Assembly: GCA_049472315.1 (NCBI GenBank)
Contig: JBLIRN010000010.1
Coordinates: forward strand, 1 to 64,000
DNA: 64,000 nt
DNA from: a bacterium
GTDB taxonomy: Bacteria; SZUA-182; DTGQ01; JAFGSM01
Direction: 5' to 3'
The notes under the pieces are model-generated. The model ran no database searches, was not told the origin of the DNA, and saw nothing but the letters and a program-made list of their open reading frames with translations. Below, one piece after another: positions 20,757-31,691 of the stretch (position 1 is the stretch's first letter; each line of letters opens with the position of its first letter). The translations under genes were made by a program, and so were the position numbers.

Positions 20757-20872
20757 GCCGTCACTCTCATACCCATGGAACATTTCTTGCTATTCTAAAC
20801 GTGTAATTCATGTTCAAGGGGTTATCCCGAGAGGATAGCGAAGAAATAGGTTGACTGAGTGAGGAGTTGGGT

Positions 20873-22762
20873 ATGAGGAGGAAGGATAGTTCACGCGCCC
20901 CCTTTGTGTGGCATTGTGTCCTGCCAGTGATTCTTTGTATCGTATGTCTTTCATGTACGGCATGGGCGGATACCTTCGTATGGCAGGATTTCGAATACTG
21001 GGATTCCCCAAGAAATCACGGCTGGATCTGCTCATCACCCTCCTATCCGGTGTGGGGATTCGCAGGGTATGGCACCCTTCGGACCGCCATAGACGCGCGT
21101 TTGCAGAGCAGGGTATTGGTGCTCGAAAGCATGCCTTCCGCATTCAATAACTTCTTCCGATTCCGAACACTCAACGCCACGGTCCCTGACCCAAATCCAT
21201 CCACCCAGGGATTCGACAAGAATATCATATCCTTCAATATCATCAATCGATTCGGTATAGAGCAGTTCGACCAGTGGGAGGCGCAGATACAGGTGGAGAC
21301 CAGAAACGGCAAGAACGTGCTGCTGGTGTATCGTCCGTGCGGTGCGTCCGAGTCGGGGCCCGAGGTGGGTGGTTATGCGGAATATGGGTACAGGGGGGGG
21401 CTCAATGGAGGGGACCCTGAGCGTTCCGACCGTCCCCTGGTGGTGATCTACGACATCGGGAGACAATACCAGGATGGCGCATGGCACCTTGTGGTGAGGG
21501 ATCTTGACGAGGACATTCGGAAGATCGGGATGTGGCAGGGGATCGATTTTTCCCTGGACGGATTCGGTCAGGAATTGTATTACGGGCCCGAGCAATCCGC
21601 CATTGTCTCCATCATGTTTGCCGGATTCACCATGAGGGTCGACAATATCGCATTTCACGACCGCATGCGCGATATCGTCAACCACCCTCCGAAACTCCAG
21701 AGGATCGGCCCTCAATTCGCGCAGATATTCGTTCCCTTCAGCTATCTCATTTCCGTATATGAACGTTCCGACATAAGCGGTTTCGTTGACGAGCGGTACG
21801 AATTCGTTGCCACCATCGGCGGATACGGATCCAGGGGCGTCCAGACCTCCGAGATGATCTTCAGGGTAAAGGAGGATCCCAATAACCCCGGGTACTACCT
21901 CGCCTGTGAGCCGGACGATCCAGCCTGCCTTCCAGATAAGGTCCTGTTGGAATTTGTTCCCCAGACCTTTGAGGACCTCATTATCACCATACGGGTAACG
22001 GATCCGGGAGGTCTTTCCGACATGGAGACATTCCCCCTCTCGGTGGTCAACTATCCGGTGGTCAATCATCCCCCCTATCTCGAGGAGATAGAGAACGATG
22101 TCTATTTGCTGGGAACAAACGAGGGATACTTCGAGAAGGCGTTCATATGCTACGACCAGGACATGGAGGATCATCCGGGATCTGCCACCGAGCCCGGAAA
22201 TATCACCTACCGGGCGATTATCGACACTGCACCCAATTACCAGTTCGGACCATGGCAGGAGCCATTGATCTCCGAGCCCTTTACGCCGGTGATACGGTTC
22301 AGTCCTCGATTCGAGGGCCTACATCGCATCTCGGTTATTGCCACCGATTCGAGGGGGCTTTCCGCCATAACCAGCTTCGCGCTGCATGTGGTGAATCCGG
22401 GCACCTGGCTCAACCACCCTCCAATACTGGGCGAGGATATTGATAGCCCGCAGATTGTTCGTGTGGGAGAGACCTTTACCATCCCTGTCGAATTTTTGGA
22501 TCCTGACAACGAGGAGATATACTATTCAAGCAACATCGGGAGCATCACCAAAATGGAAGAGGGATTCGGGAAGACGCCGGAAAGCGGCATAGGAGTTACG
22601 GAGGGGGAGGATAGATACGGCAGATACGTGAGCGGGGCGATTTTTCACTTCGTGTCGCCCTTCCCCGGAACATACCATGTCATCATCACCGCATATGATC
22701 TCAGGGGAGGCTACTGCACAGCCGAATTCATACTGGATGTCCAGCCATGGTGGGCACTCTGA
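20873..22762 (+). CDS. Uncharacterised secreted protein, paralog 1 (DTFVWQDFEYW...PWW family)
   Basis: GAGGAG RBS; signal peptide ending AWA; three NHPP-initiated Ig/cadherin-like segments; similar to 52341..54206 and 56782..59004. Confidence 0.85.
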   Translation: MRRKDSSRAPFVWHCVLPVILCIVCLSCTAWADTFVWQDFEYWDSPRNHGWICSSPSYPVWGFAGYGTLRTAIDARLQSRVLVLESMPSAFNNFFRFRTLNATVPDPNPSTQGFDKNIISFNIINRFGIEQFDQWEAQIQVETRNGKNVLLVYRPCGASESGPEVGGYAEYGYRGGLNGGDPERSDRPLVVIYDIGRQYQDGAWHLVVRDLDEDIRKIGMWQGIDFSLDGFGQELYYGPEQSAIVSIMFAGFTMRVDNIAFHDRMRDIVNHPPKLQRIGPQFAQIFVPFSYLISVYERSDISGFVDERYEFVATIGGYGSRGVQTSEMIFRVKEDPNNPGYYLACEPDDPACLPDKVLLEFVPQTFEDLIITIRVTDPGGLSDMETFPLSVVNYPVVNHPPYLEEIENDVYLLGTNEGYFEKAFICYDQDMEDHPGSATEPGNITYRAIIDTAPNYQFGPWQEPLISEPFTPVIRFSPRFEGLHRISVIATDSRGLSAITSFALHVVNPGTWLNHPPILGEDIDSPQIVRVGETFTIPVEFLDPDNEEIYYSSNIGSITKMEEGFGKTPESGIGVTEGEDRYGRYVSGAIFHFVSPFPGTYHVIITAYDLRGGYCTAEFILDVQPWWAL

Positions 22763-22806
22763 GGGCGTGGGAATGTATGGCCGCTGCCAGATTACCACAT
22801 CCGCAA

Positions 22807-23214
22807 TCAGGGGCCAGCCGGGCAGAAGGGTCCTACGACGGATGTTCCGGGTCGCAAATGGTGCCTGAGGCTCACGCGATCATTGCGGAGCATGGACACG
22901 AACTTGACCCCGATGCGGAACATGCCGGAATATTGTGAGGCACTGACCCAGACAACCTCTCCGATCGCGTTGATAGGGTCTTCCGGATAGTAGTCCAGAA
23001 GGGCGATGGTGATGAGGAGCCTTGATTTGATATCGCAGGACTGATCGCTCAGAAATGAAAAACCACCCTGGCTGATATTCTCAACCCGGCACACGAGGGA
23101 CTCGTTGAAAAAGCGACTCTGATCACAGGACTGAAATGTGCAGTTTGCCCGCGCCCGCAAACGGTGGTAGGTTCGCCGTTCCTGCCGTTTGTCATACGGT
23201 ATATGCTCTGTCAT
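22807..23214 (-). CDS. PilZ domain protein
   Basis: ERRxxxR and NISQGG c-di-GMP-binding motifs; GEVVW, IGVKF. Confidence 0.88.
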   Translation of the reverse strand: MTEHIPYDKRQERRTYHRLRARANCTFQSCDQSRFFNESLVCRVENISQGGFSFLSDQSCDIKSRLLITIALLDYYPEDPINAIGEVVWVSASQYSGMFRIGVKFVSMLRNDRVSLRHHLRPGTSVVGPFCPAGP

Positions 23215-23623
23215 ATTTTTTTCCCCCTTATGTTAATATGCAAGCGCTGTGAGAACGTGCTAAAAAAGGAGGAATATCAACACGGGAGGAATTCCGGTCT
23301 TTGCACCCAGTTCAGGAATACCAACCCGCCTCAAATTATGAATCAGCGTACAATCCGCATTGAAGAAGGAGTATGAATATCACTCAGCAGGAAATGTGAA
23401 AAAGAGCCACAAACACCTATTAAAAATATATACAATAGGGAAGGAATCGTCAAGTGTTCGGAGTGAATATACCTTTCCATTGTTCCGGACCAACGATCCA
23501 ACATGGGAATTACTGTCTACGATCTTCTTGACATGCAAGGATATTCATATTACAGTTACATGGCGTTCAATGCGGCCGCTGGTCGGACGTTTTGAACCAT
23601 CAAATTTAAAAGGAATGTATGGA

Positions 23624-24709
23624 ATGGATTACAAGGATATTTTACTGAGAGACAATATCCGGGACTTGTTGCCCTACCCGATAGAAGACCATGCATACAG
23701 AATCAAGCTTGATGCAAATGAAAATCCTTGTTCCATAGATTGGGCAGGGTGGCCGGATGTCATGGAAGGGCTGCGGGACATTGCCCTGAACCGGTATCCG
23801 GATCCGCATGCCAGGGCATTGAAGGATGCCGTATCCGGCTATGTGCACTGGCCGGCATCGGGGATGATCCTTGGAAACGGATCGGATGAATTGATCCAGT
23901 ATATACTCATGGCATACGGCGGACCCGAACGTCCGGTGTATGCACCCCATCCCAGCTTCTCCATGTACCGGATCATAGCCCTTTCCATGGGGCAGAAATT
24001 TCTTGCCATTCCTCTTGGCGAGGGCTTCGAACTCTGCGTCCATGACGCCCTGCTCAAGGAACTCGCCGCGCCTCCCCAGAAACTGGTGTTCATCGCAACC
24101 CCCAACAATCCCACGGGGAATGCCTTCAAGCGGGAGGATGTTCTTGCCATTGTGAAGGCCACCCGGGGGATTGTGTGCATTGACGAGGCATATCTTGATT
24201 TTTGTGATGACGAGGGATTTCTTGGCGTGCTCCCTCAATTCGAACATGTGATCATCCTGCGCACCCTCTCCAAGATAGGACTGGCAGGTTTGAGGGTGGG
24301 AATCCTTCTGGCAAACGAGTCCGTTATCGAAGCCATTTCCAAGGTCCGGCTTCCCTTCAATCTGAATGTGGTCTCGCAATTCCTCGCCCGTGAGGTGCTC
24401 ATGCGCCAGGACCTTCTTCGTGACATGATTGGTACCATAAGGGAACACCGGGAGCGGCTTTATCAGGAGATGGTGAAGATCCCCGGTTTACGGGTATTTC
24501 CAAGCCAGGCAAACTTCATCCTTTTTACGTGTGAAGGGGGGGTGGCGTCAATCTACCAGGGTCTGCTTGAGGAGGGTATCCTGATCAGGATGTTTCCTCC
24601 CGAGGGGCCGTGGCCGGGGTTTCTGAGGGTTACGGTGGGAACGGGGCATGAATGTGAGACATTTATCGATGTATTGAACAGGATCATGGCACAGGGGGGA
24701 AGAGAATAA
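23624..24709 (+). CDS. hisC: Histidinol-phosphate aminotransferase
   Basis: KLDANENP, GNGSDE, NNPTG, DEAY and RTLSK motifs; start moved to ATG 23624. Confidence 0.95.
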   Translation: MDYKDILLRDNIRDLLPYPIEDHAYRIKLDANENPCSIDWAGWPDVMEGLRDIALNRYPDPHARALKDAVSGYVHWPASGMILGNGSDELIQYILMAYGGPERPVYAPHPSFSMYRIIALSMGQKFLAIPLGEGFELCVHDALLKELAAPPQKLVFIATPNNPTGNAFKREDVLAIVKATRGIVCIDEAYLDFCDDEGFLGVLPQFEHVIILRTLSKIGLAGLRVGILLANESVIEAISKVRLPFNLNVVSQFLAREVLMRQDLLRDMIGTIREHRERLYQEMVKIPGLRVFPSQANFILFTCEGGVASIYQGLLEEGILIRMFPPEGPWPGFLRVTVGTGHECETFIDVLNRIMAQGGRE

Positions 24710-25299
24710 TGGCAAGAACGGCGAGCTGTTCGAGAAAAACCGGGGAGACGGACATACGCCTTCACCTGGACCTGGATGGGAAAGGCACCTATTCAATAGA
24801 AACGGGCATCCCCTTTTTCGATCACATGCTCTCACTTTTTGCCAAGCAGAGCTTCTTTGATATTGAAATGACGGCAACAGGGGACATCGAGGTTGATTTT
24901 CATCACACGGTGGAGGATGTAGGCATCATGCTCGGCCAGGGGCTCAGGGAGGCGCTGGGCAACAAGGAGGGAATCAGGCGATACGGCACAGCCACGATCC
25001 CCATGGATGAAACCCTGGCAAGCGCGGTGATCGATATCTGTTCGCGCGCGCTCCTTGTATTCAATGTCCCCTCTCAGGAGTGCTGTCATGGAGGAGGATT
25101 CGATCTTTCCCTCACCGAGGAATTCTTCAGGGCATTTGCCACGAACGCCCTTGTTACGCTTCACATAAACCTCCACTATGGCAAGAACCTCCATCATATC
25201 ATCGAGGCGATATTCAAGGCGGTTGGTAGGGCGCTTTCACAGGCATGCAGTATCGATCCGAACATCGAAGGCGTTCTCTCCACCAAGGGGAGGCTGTAG
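24709..25299 (+). CDS. hisB: Imidazoleglycerol-phosphate dehydratase
   Basis: FFDHML, HHTVED, NLHHIIEA and STKG motifs. Confidence 0.97.
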   Translation: MARTASCSRKTGETDIRLHLDLDGKGTYSIETGIPFFDHMLSLFAKQSFFDIEMTATGDIEVDFHHTVEDVGIMLGQGLREALGNKEGIRRYGTATIPMDETLASAVIDICSRALLVFNVPSQECCHGGGFDLSLTEEFFRAFATNALVTLHINLHYGKNLHHIIEAIFKAVGRALSQACSIDPNIEGVLSTKGRL

Positions 25300-25362
25300 A
25301 CCGCCCCCACAATACGATTCAATCCGCAAACCGAAGTACGGATCGTCTTACGTGACAGGGGT

Positions 25363-25983
25363 ATGCACATGCTGGCGTTGCTCGATTTCGGCCTGGGGAA
25401 TCTGAAAAGCATCCAGAACGGGTTTCGACACCTCGGCCATGAGGCGGTGATTACCCGTGATCCTGACATGATCAGGGATGCGAACGGCCTCATCATCCCG
25501 GGGGTCGGCGCATTCAGGGATGGCATGGACCGTCTTCGCCAGCATCGTCTTGTTCCGGTCATCGAAGAGGCACTGTCTCAGGCAAAACCCATCCTGGGGA
25601 TCTGCCTCGGCCTGCAACTCCTGTTTTCTGAAAGCGAGGAATTCGGCCTGCACAAGGGTCTCGGAATGATGGAAGGCAGGGTGAATGCCTTCACCGGGGC
25701 CTTGAAGATACCTCACATGGGATGGAACACGGTGCATATCACCCGCCGGATTCCGCTCCTTGAAGGTATCGGAGAGGGGGAATATTTTTATTTTGTCCAT
25801 TCCTTCTTTGCCGTTCCGGAGGAGGAGGGGGTTGTGGCAGGTGAAACGGAATACGGCATCACCTTTCCCTCCGTGGTGCAGAAGGGTACGCTGATGGCAA
25901 CACAGTTTCATCCTGAGAAGAGCTCGCACGCCGGGCTCAGGATTCTTGACAATTTCGCACAAATGGCTGCAAGGAGGGCCTAA
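25363..25983 (+). CDS. hisH: Imidazole glycerol phosphate synthase glutaminase subunit
   Basis: PGVGAF, GICLG and QFHPEKS motifs. Confidence 0.97.
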   Translation: MHMLALLDFGLGNLKSIQNGFRHLGHEAVITRDPDMIRDANGLIIPGVGAFRDGMDRLRQHRLVPVIEEALSQAKPILGICLGLQLLFSESEEFGLHKGLGMMEGRVNAFTGALKIPHMGWNTVHITRRIPLLEGIGEGEYFYFVHSFFAVPEEEGVVAGETEYGITFPSVVQKGTLMATQFHPEKSSHAGLRILDNFAQMAARRA

Positions 25984-26712
25984 ATGCTCATAATTCCGGC
26001 AATCGATCTGATACAGGGGGAATGTGTAAGGCTCTACCAGGGAAAGGAGGAAAACAAGACGGTGTTTTCCAAAAGTCCCCTCGATGTGGCGCTCAAGTGG
26101 CAGTCCCAAGGGGCAAAACTCCTGCATGTGGTGGACCTTGATGGGGCATTCAAGGGGAATCCCCAGAATCTACTCACCATTCTCCATCTGGCAAAGAGGA
26201 TGACAATACCCATCGAACTGGGAGGCGGATTAAGGAGTCCCGATATTATCACCCGAATGTTCGAAGGCGGGGTAAACCGTGTGGTGCTCGGTACTATAGC
26301 CTATACCCAACCTGACCTGGTGAGGGATCTCTGCGATAAATATCCCGGACGTATACTCATCGGGGTGGATGCCTCGAATGGGATGCTGGCGATAAAGGGA
26401 TGGAAGGACATAACCCGTATTAGGGCGGATAAATTCTGCAGCCAATGGATCGGGACCGGGGTACGAGGGATCATATACACGGACATCCAAAAGGATGGGA
26501 CATTGAAGGGCCCGAACGTACAAATGATCGCGAGGCTCCTTGATGAGATCACTATCCCGGTCATTGCCGCAGGCGGGATCTCGAGCATGCAGGACCTCGA
26601 GGAATTGGTTTCCCTGAAGGAAAAGGGACTGGAAGGGATAATCATCGGGCATGCCCTGTATACCGGTGCCGTCCAACTGGATACAGCCATTGCCAGATGG
26701 CAGGATCAGTAA
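25984..26712 (+). CDS. hisA: ProFAR isomerase
   Basis: IPAIDL, HVVDLDGA and TDIQKDG motifs. Confidence 0.97.
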   Translation: MLIIPAIDLIQGECVRLYQGKEENKTVFSKSPLDVALKWQSQGAKLLHVVDLDGAFKGNPQNLLTILHLAKRMTIPIELGGGLRSPDIITRMFEGGVNRVVLGTIAYTQPDLVRDLCDKYPGRILIGVDASNGMLAIKGWKDITRIRADKFCSQWIGTGVRGIIYTDIQKDGTLKGPNVQMIARLLDEITIPVIAAGGISSMQDLEELVSLKEKGLEGIIIGHALYTGAVQLDTAIARWQDQ

Positions 26713-26723
26713 GGGTATAAGAT

Positions 26724-27494
26724 ATGCTGGCGAAGCGAATCATCCCCTGCCTTGACATGAAGGAGGGAAGGGTAGTTAAGGGCATCCGTTTTGTGGATCT
26801 CCAAGATGCCGGCGATCCGGTGGAGGTAGCGGAGGCCTATAACCGCGAGGGCGCGGATGAGGTGACCTTTCTCGATATCACCGCATCATACGAAAAGAGG
26901 GACATATTGATTCATGTGGTGGAAGAGACCGCAGAGAGACTCTTCATCCCATTCACCGTGGGGGGAGGATTACGGGATCTCGAGGACATCCGGGACATAC
27001 TCAAGGCAGGTGCGGATAAGATCAGCATCAATACCGCGGCGGTTCAGGACCCTGACCTGATTTCCAAGGGCGCTCAGTCCTTTGGGAGCCAGTGTATCGT
27101 GGTGGCCATTGATGCCAAGCGGAAATCGGATGCCCTTTCCCTTCAATGGGAGGTTTACATCCACGGGGGAAGGACGCCGACCGGGCTGGATGCGGTTTCA
27201 TGGGCGAAGAGGGCGGAGGAACTCGGAGCGGGTGAAATACTCCTCACCAGCATGGACTGTGACGGAACCAAGAGGGGATATGACCTTGAACTGACCCGCA
27301 CGGTGTCCGAGGCGGTCCGGATTCCGGTCATAGCCTCGGGCGGAGCGGGCAATCTGGACCATCTCTATCACGCCTTTGATGATGGGAAGGCGGATGCGGT
27401 CCTTGCCGCATCGATCTTCCACTATAAAACCTATACGATTGCGCAGGCAAAACAGTATCTCAAGGAGAGGGGCATCCCGGTGAGGCTTCACTGA
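26724..27494 (+). CDS. hisF: Imidazole glycerol phosphate synthase cyclase subunit
   Basis: RIIPCLD, FLDITA and IASGGAG motifs. Confidence 0.98.
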   Translation: MLAKRIIPCLDMKEGRVVKGIRFVDLQDAGDPVEVAEAYNREGADEVTFLDITASYEKRDILIHVVEETAERLFIPFTVGGGLRDLEDIRDILKAGADKISINTAAVQDPDLISKGAQSFGSQCIVVAIDAKRKSDALSLQWEVYIHGGRTPTGLDAVSWAKRAEELGAGEILLTSMDCDGTKRGYDLELTRTVSEAVRIPVIASGGAGNLDHLYHAFDDGKADAVLAASIFHYKTYTIAQAKQYLKERGIPVRLH

Positions 27495-28797
27495 TCCCTT
27501 CCAGATCGTAGACATCCGCCCGGGTGATGGTGACTTCACAGATTTCACCCGCCGAAAGTTCTCCCCCTTGTATGAAGGTTACGCCGTCGATGTCGGGGGC
27601 CTGCCCCCTGGTGCGTCCGACCATTACACCGTGACGATCGGGATGGGGGTAATCGCAGACGGCGGTGAAGGACCTGCCGATGAGCGCACGGTTCTTTTCC
27701 TCGGCGATATCTGCCTGCACCCTCATTATTTCGTGGTATCGCGCCTTTTTGACCCTTCGCGGGACCTGGCTTGGAAGGCGGGCCGCAGGCGTGCCCTTCT
27801 CCCTGGAATACGAAAATACCCCCAGGCGGTCAAAGCGTATCCTCCGTACGAAGCGAAGCATATGATCGAATTCCTCGTCCGTCTCACCGGGAAACCCTAC
27901 CATGAGGGTGGTGCGGATGACCATATCGGTAATGGCGGACCGGGCATGGTCAATGAATTCTTCCACAATTCCCATATCCGTTGGCCTGTTCATCGCCGAC
28001 AGGATCCGGGGATGACTGTGCTGCAAGGGGATGTCCAGATAGGGAAGGATTGAGGGGTATTCTGTCATCACCCTGATCAGGTCGCTCGGCAGGGAAAAAG
28101 GATAGGCATACAGGAGTCTTATCCAGGGCGCTTCATTTATGGATGCAAGCCTTTCCAGGAGGGTGGGGAGTCCCTTAAAGGCTGTGGTATCCTGTCCTAT
28201 CAGACAGACCTCCTTCACCCCTTCATCGACAAGTGCCTCCACCTCGGTCACCACCGATTTCGCGTTTCTTTGGCGGTATCTGCCCCTCAGCCTTGGGATG
28301 AGACAGTAGGAGCAGCAATGATCACACCCCTCGGAGATTTTTACATAGGCAAGGTGGCCCTGGGTGGAACGCAGCCGCGGGCACGTGTGGTCGTAAAGAA
28401 AGGAAGGGGTGTTTAAGAAATCAATACGCTCATGAGCGCCCGATCCTATGAGATCTGCAATTACGGGGACGATTCGCATGAATTCGCCGGATCCGAGAAT
28501 AGCGTCGATCTCGGGGATCTCCCTGAAGAGCTCAATGCCGTATTCCTGCGCCAGGCATCCGGTAACGATAAGGTTCCGGCACGTTCCCCTCTCCTTCAGG
28601 TGGCACATATCAAGGATCGTCTCGATTGATTCCCGCTTTGCCTCCTCGATAAAGCTACAGGTATTGACGACGATGATGTCGGCCTCTTCGGCATTCGGGG
28701 TAATGGAGTACCCCTCTTGAGCCAGAAGTCCCAGCATGACCTCGGTGTCCACAAGATTCTTGGTGCATCCGAGGCTGATCATCCCGATGCTGGGCAT
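27460..28797 (-). CDS. rimO: Ribosomal protein S12 methylthiotransferase
   Basis: [26 protein letters not shown] radical-SAM motif, APDIDG TRAM domain; start moved to 28797. Confidence 0.95.
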   Translation of the reverse strand: MPSIGMISLGCTKNLVDTEVMLGLLAQEGYSITPNAEEADIIVVNTCSFIEEAKRESIETILDMCHLKERGTCRNLIVTGCLAQEYGIELFREIPEIDAILGSGEFMRIVPVIADLIGSGAHERIDFLNTPSFLYDHTCPRLRSTQGHLAYVKISEGCDHCCSYCLIPRLRGRYRQRNAKSVVTEVEALVDEGVKEVCLIGQDTTAFKGLPTLLERLASINEAPWIRLLYAYPFSLPSDLIRVMTEYPSILPYLDIPLQHSHPRILSAMNRPTDMGIVEEFIDHARSAITDMVIRTTLMVGFPGETDEEFDHMLRFVRRIRFDRLGVFSYSREKGTPAARLPSQVPRRVKKARYHEIMRVQADIAEEKNRALIGRSFTAVCDYPHPDRHGVMVGRTRGQAPDIDGVTFIQGGELSAGEICEVTITRADVYDLEGISEASPGCPSP

Positions 28798-29075
28798 ATT
28801 TTTTACGTTTTTGCATATCATGGTCGTTTGCGGTCTTGAGCGGTTACCATGTTTCCCTTGTTGAGAGGCCGGCATCAACGAAACCGGCGAGGGTTGTACA
28901 CGCGAGATTGTTTCCTTGATGCAATTTCTTTTTGCTCTTCATGCAATGTCTTGACCGGCAGCGCATGCGGGAAATATAATATATTTGTAGGCTTCACGCA
29001 TGGTGATCAATCGAGGCGCATGCAACCTTCGGGAATGAAAACGGCCCGGATATGGAATAGGGGGTATTGTTTGTT

Positions 29076-29312
29076 ATGCCCATATATGAATATATATGCC
29101 GTTCGTGTAAAAAGGGTTTTGAAAGGTTGATCCTCAAGGAAAGCCAGTCGATATTGTGCCCGTATTGCCAATCAGAGGATCTGGAGAGGGTTTTATCCTT
29201 GTGCGGTGTCAAGGATGGCACAAAAAAAGGCCTTTCCGATCAAAGTGGAGCAACATCCTCCTCTTCCTCGTGTGCCTCCTGCATCAGCCGAAATTGTAGT
29301 CACTGCCGTTAA
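29076..29312 (+). CDS. FmdB-family zinc-ribbon protein
   Basis: MPIYEYICxxC...CPYC and C-terminal CxxCxxxxCxxC. Confidence 0.88.
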   Translation: MPIYEYICRSCKKGFERLILKESQSILCPYCQSEDLERVLSLCGVKDGTKKGLSDQSGATSSSSSCASCISRNCSHCR

Positions 29313-29322
29313 CCATATCCTT

Positions 29323-29691
29323 TCAGGTAAATTTTTTCTCTTCCTCCTCCTGTTTTGTCTTGCACTCTATGCACAGGGTTACGACCGGTCGGGCCTTGAG
29401 TCTCTTGAGCCCGATGTCTTTGCCGCATTCTTCGCAGATCCCGAAGGAGCCATCCTCGATCCTTTGAAGGGCGTCATCAATCTTTGCGAGCAGCTTGCGC
29501 TCCCTGTCCCTGAGCCGCAACAGGAAATTTCTGTCCGATTCAAATGACGACTGATCGGCAAAATCAGGAAGGTCATCCGGGCTTTGCTGCAGGCCATTTC
29601 CCAAAGTCTTATCACCTTCCGAAAGGATCCTGGACCTCTCTTTGAGAAGTACGCGCTTGATTTCTGCCAAATCTTCCTTCGTTATGCTCAT
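29323..29691 (-). CDS. dksA: RNA polymerase-binding protein DksA
   Basis: DFADQS coiled-coil tip; CEECG...RLKARP...CIEC zinc finger. Confidence 0.93.
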   Translation of the reverse strand: MSITKEDLAEIKRVLLKERSRILSEGDKTLGNGLQQSPDDLPDFADQSSFESDRNFLLRLRDRERKLLAKIDDALQRIEDGSFGICEECGKDIGLKRLKARPVVTLCIECKTKQEEEEKKFT

Positions 29692-29720
29692 AGAAATTCT
29701 ACCTCCGTTAAAGATCAGAA

Positions 29721-31058
29721 CTAATGAATAATTTTGTTGACGAAATGAGTATTGATTATCCCATGCCAGAAATCAGGATGGCTCAGCACCTCTCGATGGA
29801 AAGGAGTGGTGGTGTCAATACCCTCGCACACGAATTCCTGCAGGGCCCGTCGCATCCTCATGATGGCTTCCTGTCTGTCTCGGCCGTGCGTTATGATCTT
29901 TGCAATCAGGGAGTCATAGCAGGAGGGAATACGACATTCGGTATAGATGGCGGAATCTATTCGTACTCCAGGGCCCCCGGGGAAATGTATGCCGCTGATT
30001 TTTCCCGGACATGGCGCAAAGGTCCTGGGATTCTCGGCATTTATCCTACATTCTATCGCATGTCCTGAGATGTTGATATCGGATTGTTTCCAGGGAAGGC
30101 GTTCACCTGCAGCGATCCGTATCTGCTGCTTGACCAGATCGATACCGGTTACCATTTCGGTGACGGGATGCTCAACCTGTATCCGGGTATTCATTTCCAT
30201 GAAATAGAAATTTTGCCCTTCATCAAGCAGGAACTCCACGGTCCCCACGCTCGAATAGTTTATTGCCTGGGCTGCTTTGACCGCCGTTTCACCCATTTTG
30301 GTCCTGAGCTCCGGACTCATGCCCGGTGAAGGGGATTCCTCTATCAACTTCTGATAGCGGCGTTGAATCGAACAATCCCTGTCCCCGAGGTGTAAGATGG
30401 TGCCGTACGCATCCCCGATGATCTGAAATTCCACATGCCTTGGATTTTCAATAAATTTCTCCACATACAGGCAGGGATTGTCGAAGGAGCTTATTGCCTC
30501 GGACTGTGCCGCCATAAAGGCATTCAAAAAACTCGCATCCGTATGGACGATCCTCATCCCCTTTCCCCCCCCTCCGCCTGCGGCCTTGATCATGACGGGA
30601 AAGCCTATTGTATGAGCCATTTCCAGGGCTTCATGGTCATTTTCCACCCCGCCCTCGGTGCCCGGCACACACGGCACGCCGGACCGTTCCATGGTCTGGC
30701 GGGCGGCCACCTTATCACCCATTGCCCTGATGATCTCGGCCCCCGGGCCGATGAATTTGATGTTGCACGTTTCGCAGATCTCGGCAAAACGGCTGTTTTC
30801 AGCGAGAAATCCATACCCCGGATGTATCGCCTCTGCATCGGTGATCTCAGCGGCACTGATAATGGCGGGGATGTTGAGGTAGCTTTTGGACGGTTCACGG
30901 GGACCTACGCACACCGCTTCATCCGCCATCTGGACAGGGAGACTGTCCGCGTCCTCCTCCGAATAAATCGCCACGGTCTTTATCCCCATTTCCATGCATG
31001 AGCGGATGATGCGCACCGCTATCTCTCCCCTGTTTGCAACCAATATTTTGTTAAACAT
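29721..31058 (-). CDS. accC: Acetyl-CoA carboxylase biotin carboxylase
   Basis: MFNKILVANRGEIA, HPGYGFLAE and EMNTRIQVEH motifs; start moved to 31058. Confidence 0.97.
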   Translation of the reverse strand: MFNKILVANRGEIAVRIIRSCMEMGIKTVAIYSEEDADSLPVQMADEAVCVGPREPSKSYLNIPAIISAAEITDAEAIHPGYGFLAENSRFAEICETCNIKFIGPGAEIIRAMGDKVAARQTMERSGVPCVPGTEGGVENDHEALEMAHTIGFPVMIKAAGGGGGKGMRIVHTDASFLNAFMAAQSEAISSFDNPCLYVEKFIENPRHVEFQIIGDAYGTILHLGDRDCSIQRRYQKLIEESPSPGMSPELRTKMGETAVKAAQAINYSSVGTVEFLLDEGQNFYFMEMNTRIQVEHPVTEMVTGIDLVKQQIRIAAGERLPWKQSDINISGHAIECRINAENPRTFAPCPGKISGIHFPGGPGVRIDSAIYTECRIPSCYDSLIAKIITHGRDRQEAIMRMRRALQEFVCEGIDTTTPFHREVLSHPDFWHGIINTHFVNKIIH

Positions 31059-31134
31059 ACCCTTTCCGTATACTGTCAATGCCCTTCGGCGGGCAATCGT
31101 GGCATCGATCGCATGGTGCACCATGCGAGACTGC

Positions 31135-31620
31135 TTACTGGAATCCTTCGGTTTCGATGATAAAGAGAGGTTCTCCGTACTCCACAGGCTGGGCATTTTC
31201 CACAAGAATGGCGGCAACCCTTCCCGCGCGATCGCATTCCACTTCATTCATCAGCTTCATGGCCTCGATAATACACATAACCTGACCGGGCTTTATGACA
31301 TCACCCACATTGACAAAGGCGGATACATTCGGAGATGGTGCCCGGTAGAAGGTCCCCACCAATGGGGATCGAATGATTGCCCTGCCTTCGGCCAGCTCGA
31401 GCTCGGTCTCCTGTGGCTGGGTGCCTTGAGGCACCGGAAGGCTCTTGGGATAGTCGGGTTGAATGGATTGTATCCCGCTGAAAAACCTCTGATCAGGAGG
31501 CTCAGGCGGCGTTTTCTTCACCCGTATCTTGAAATCCGCCTCTTCCCATTCAATCTCATTGAAATTGGACTCCTCAAGGAGTTTAAGGATCTTTTTTATC
31601 TTTTTGAGATCGGTATCCAT
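31135..31620 (-). CDS. accB: Biotin carboxyl carrier protein
   Basis: EAMKLMNE biotinylation motif. Confidence 0.97.
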   Translation of the reverse strand: MDTDLKKIKKILKLLEESNFNEIEWEEADFKIRVKKTPPEPPDQRFFSGIQSIQPDYPKSLPVPQGTQPQETELELAEGRAIIRSPLVGTFYRAPSPNVSAFVNVGDVIKPGQVMCIIEAMKLMNEVECDRAGRVAAILVENAQPVEYGEPLFIIETEGFQ

Positions 31621-31691
31621 AGATATCTCTTTTTCCTGTTTAGAATCCCGCTAAATATGTGCCTGATTCAGAACATATCATTATATTCGTG

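Noticed and set aside
27460..27494. 35-bp convergent overlap of hisF and rimO
   Set aside because: Short 3' overlaps are common and both proteins look complete.
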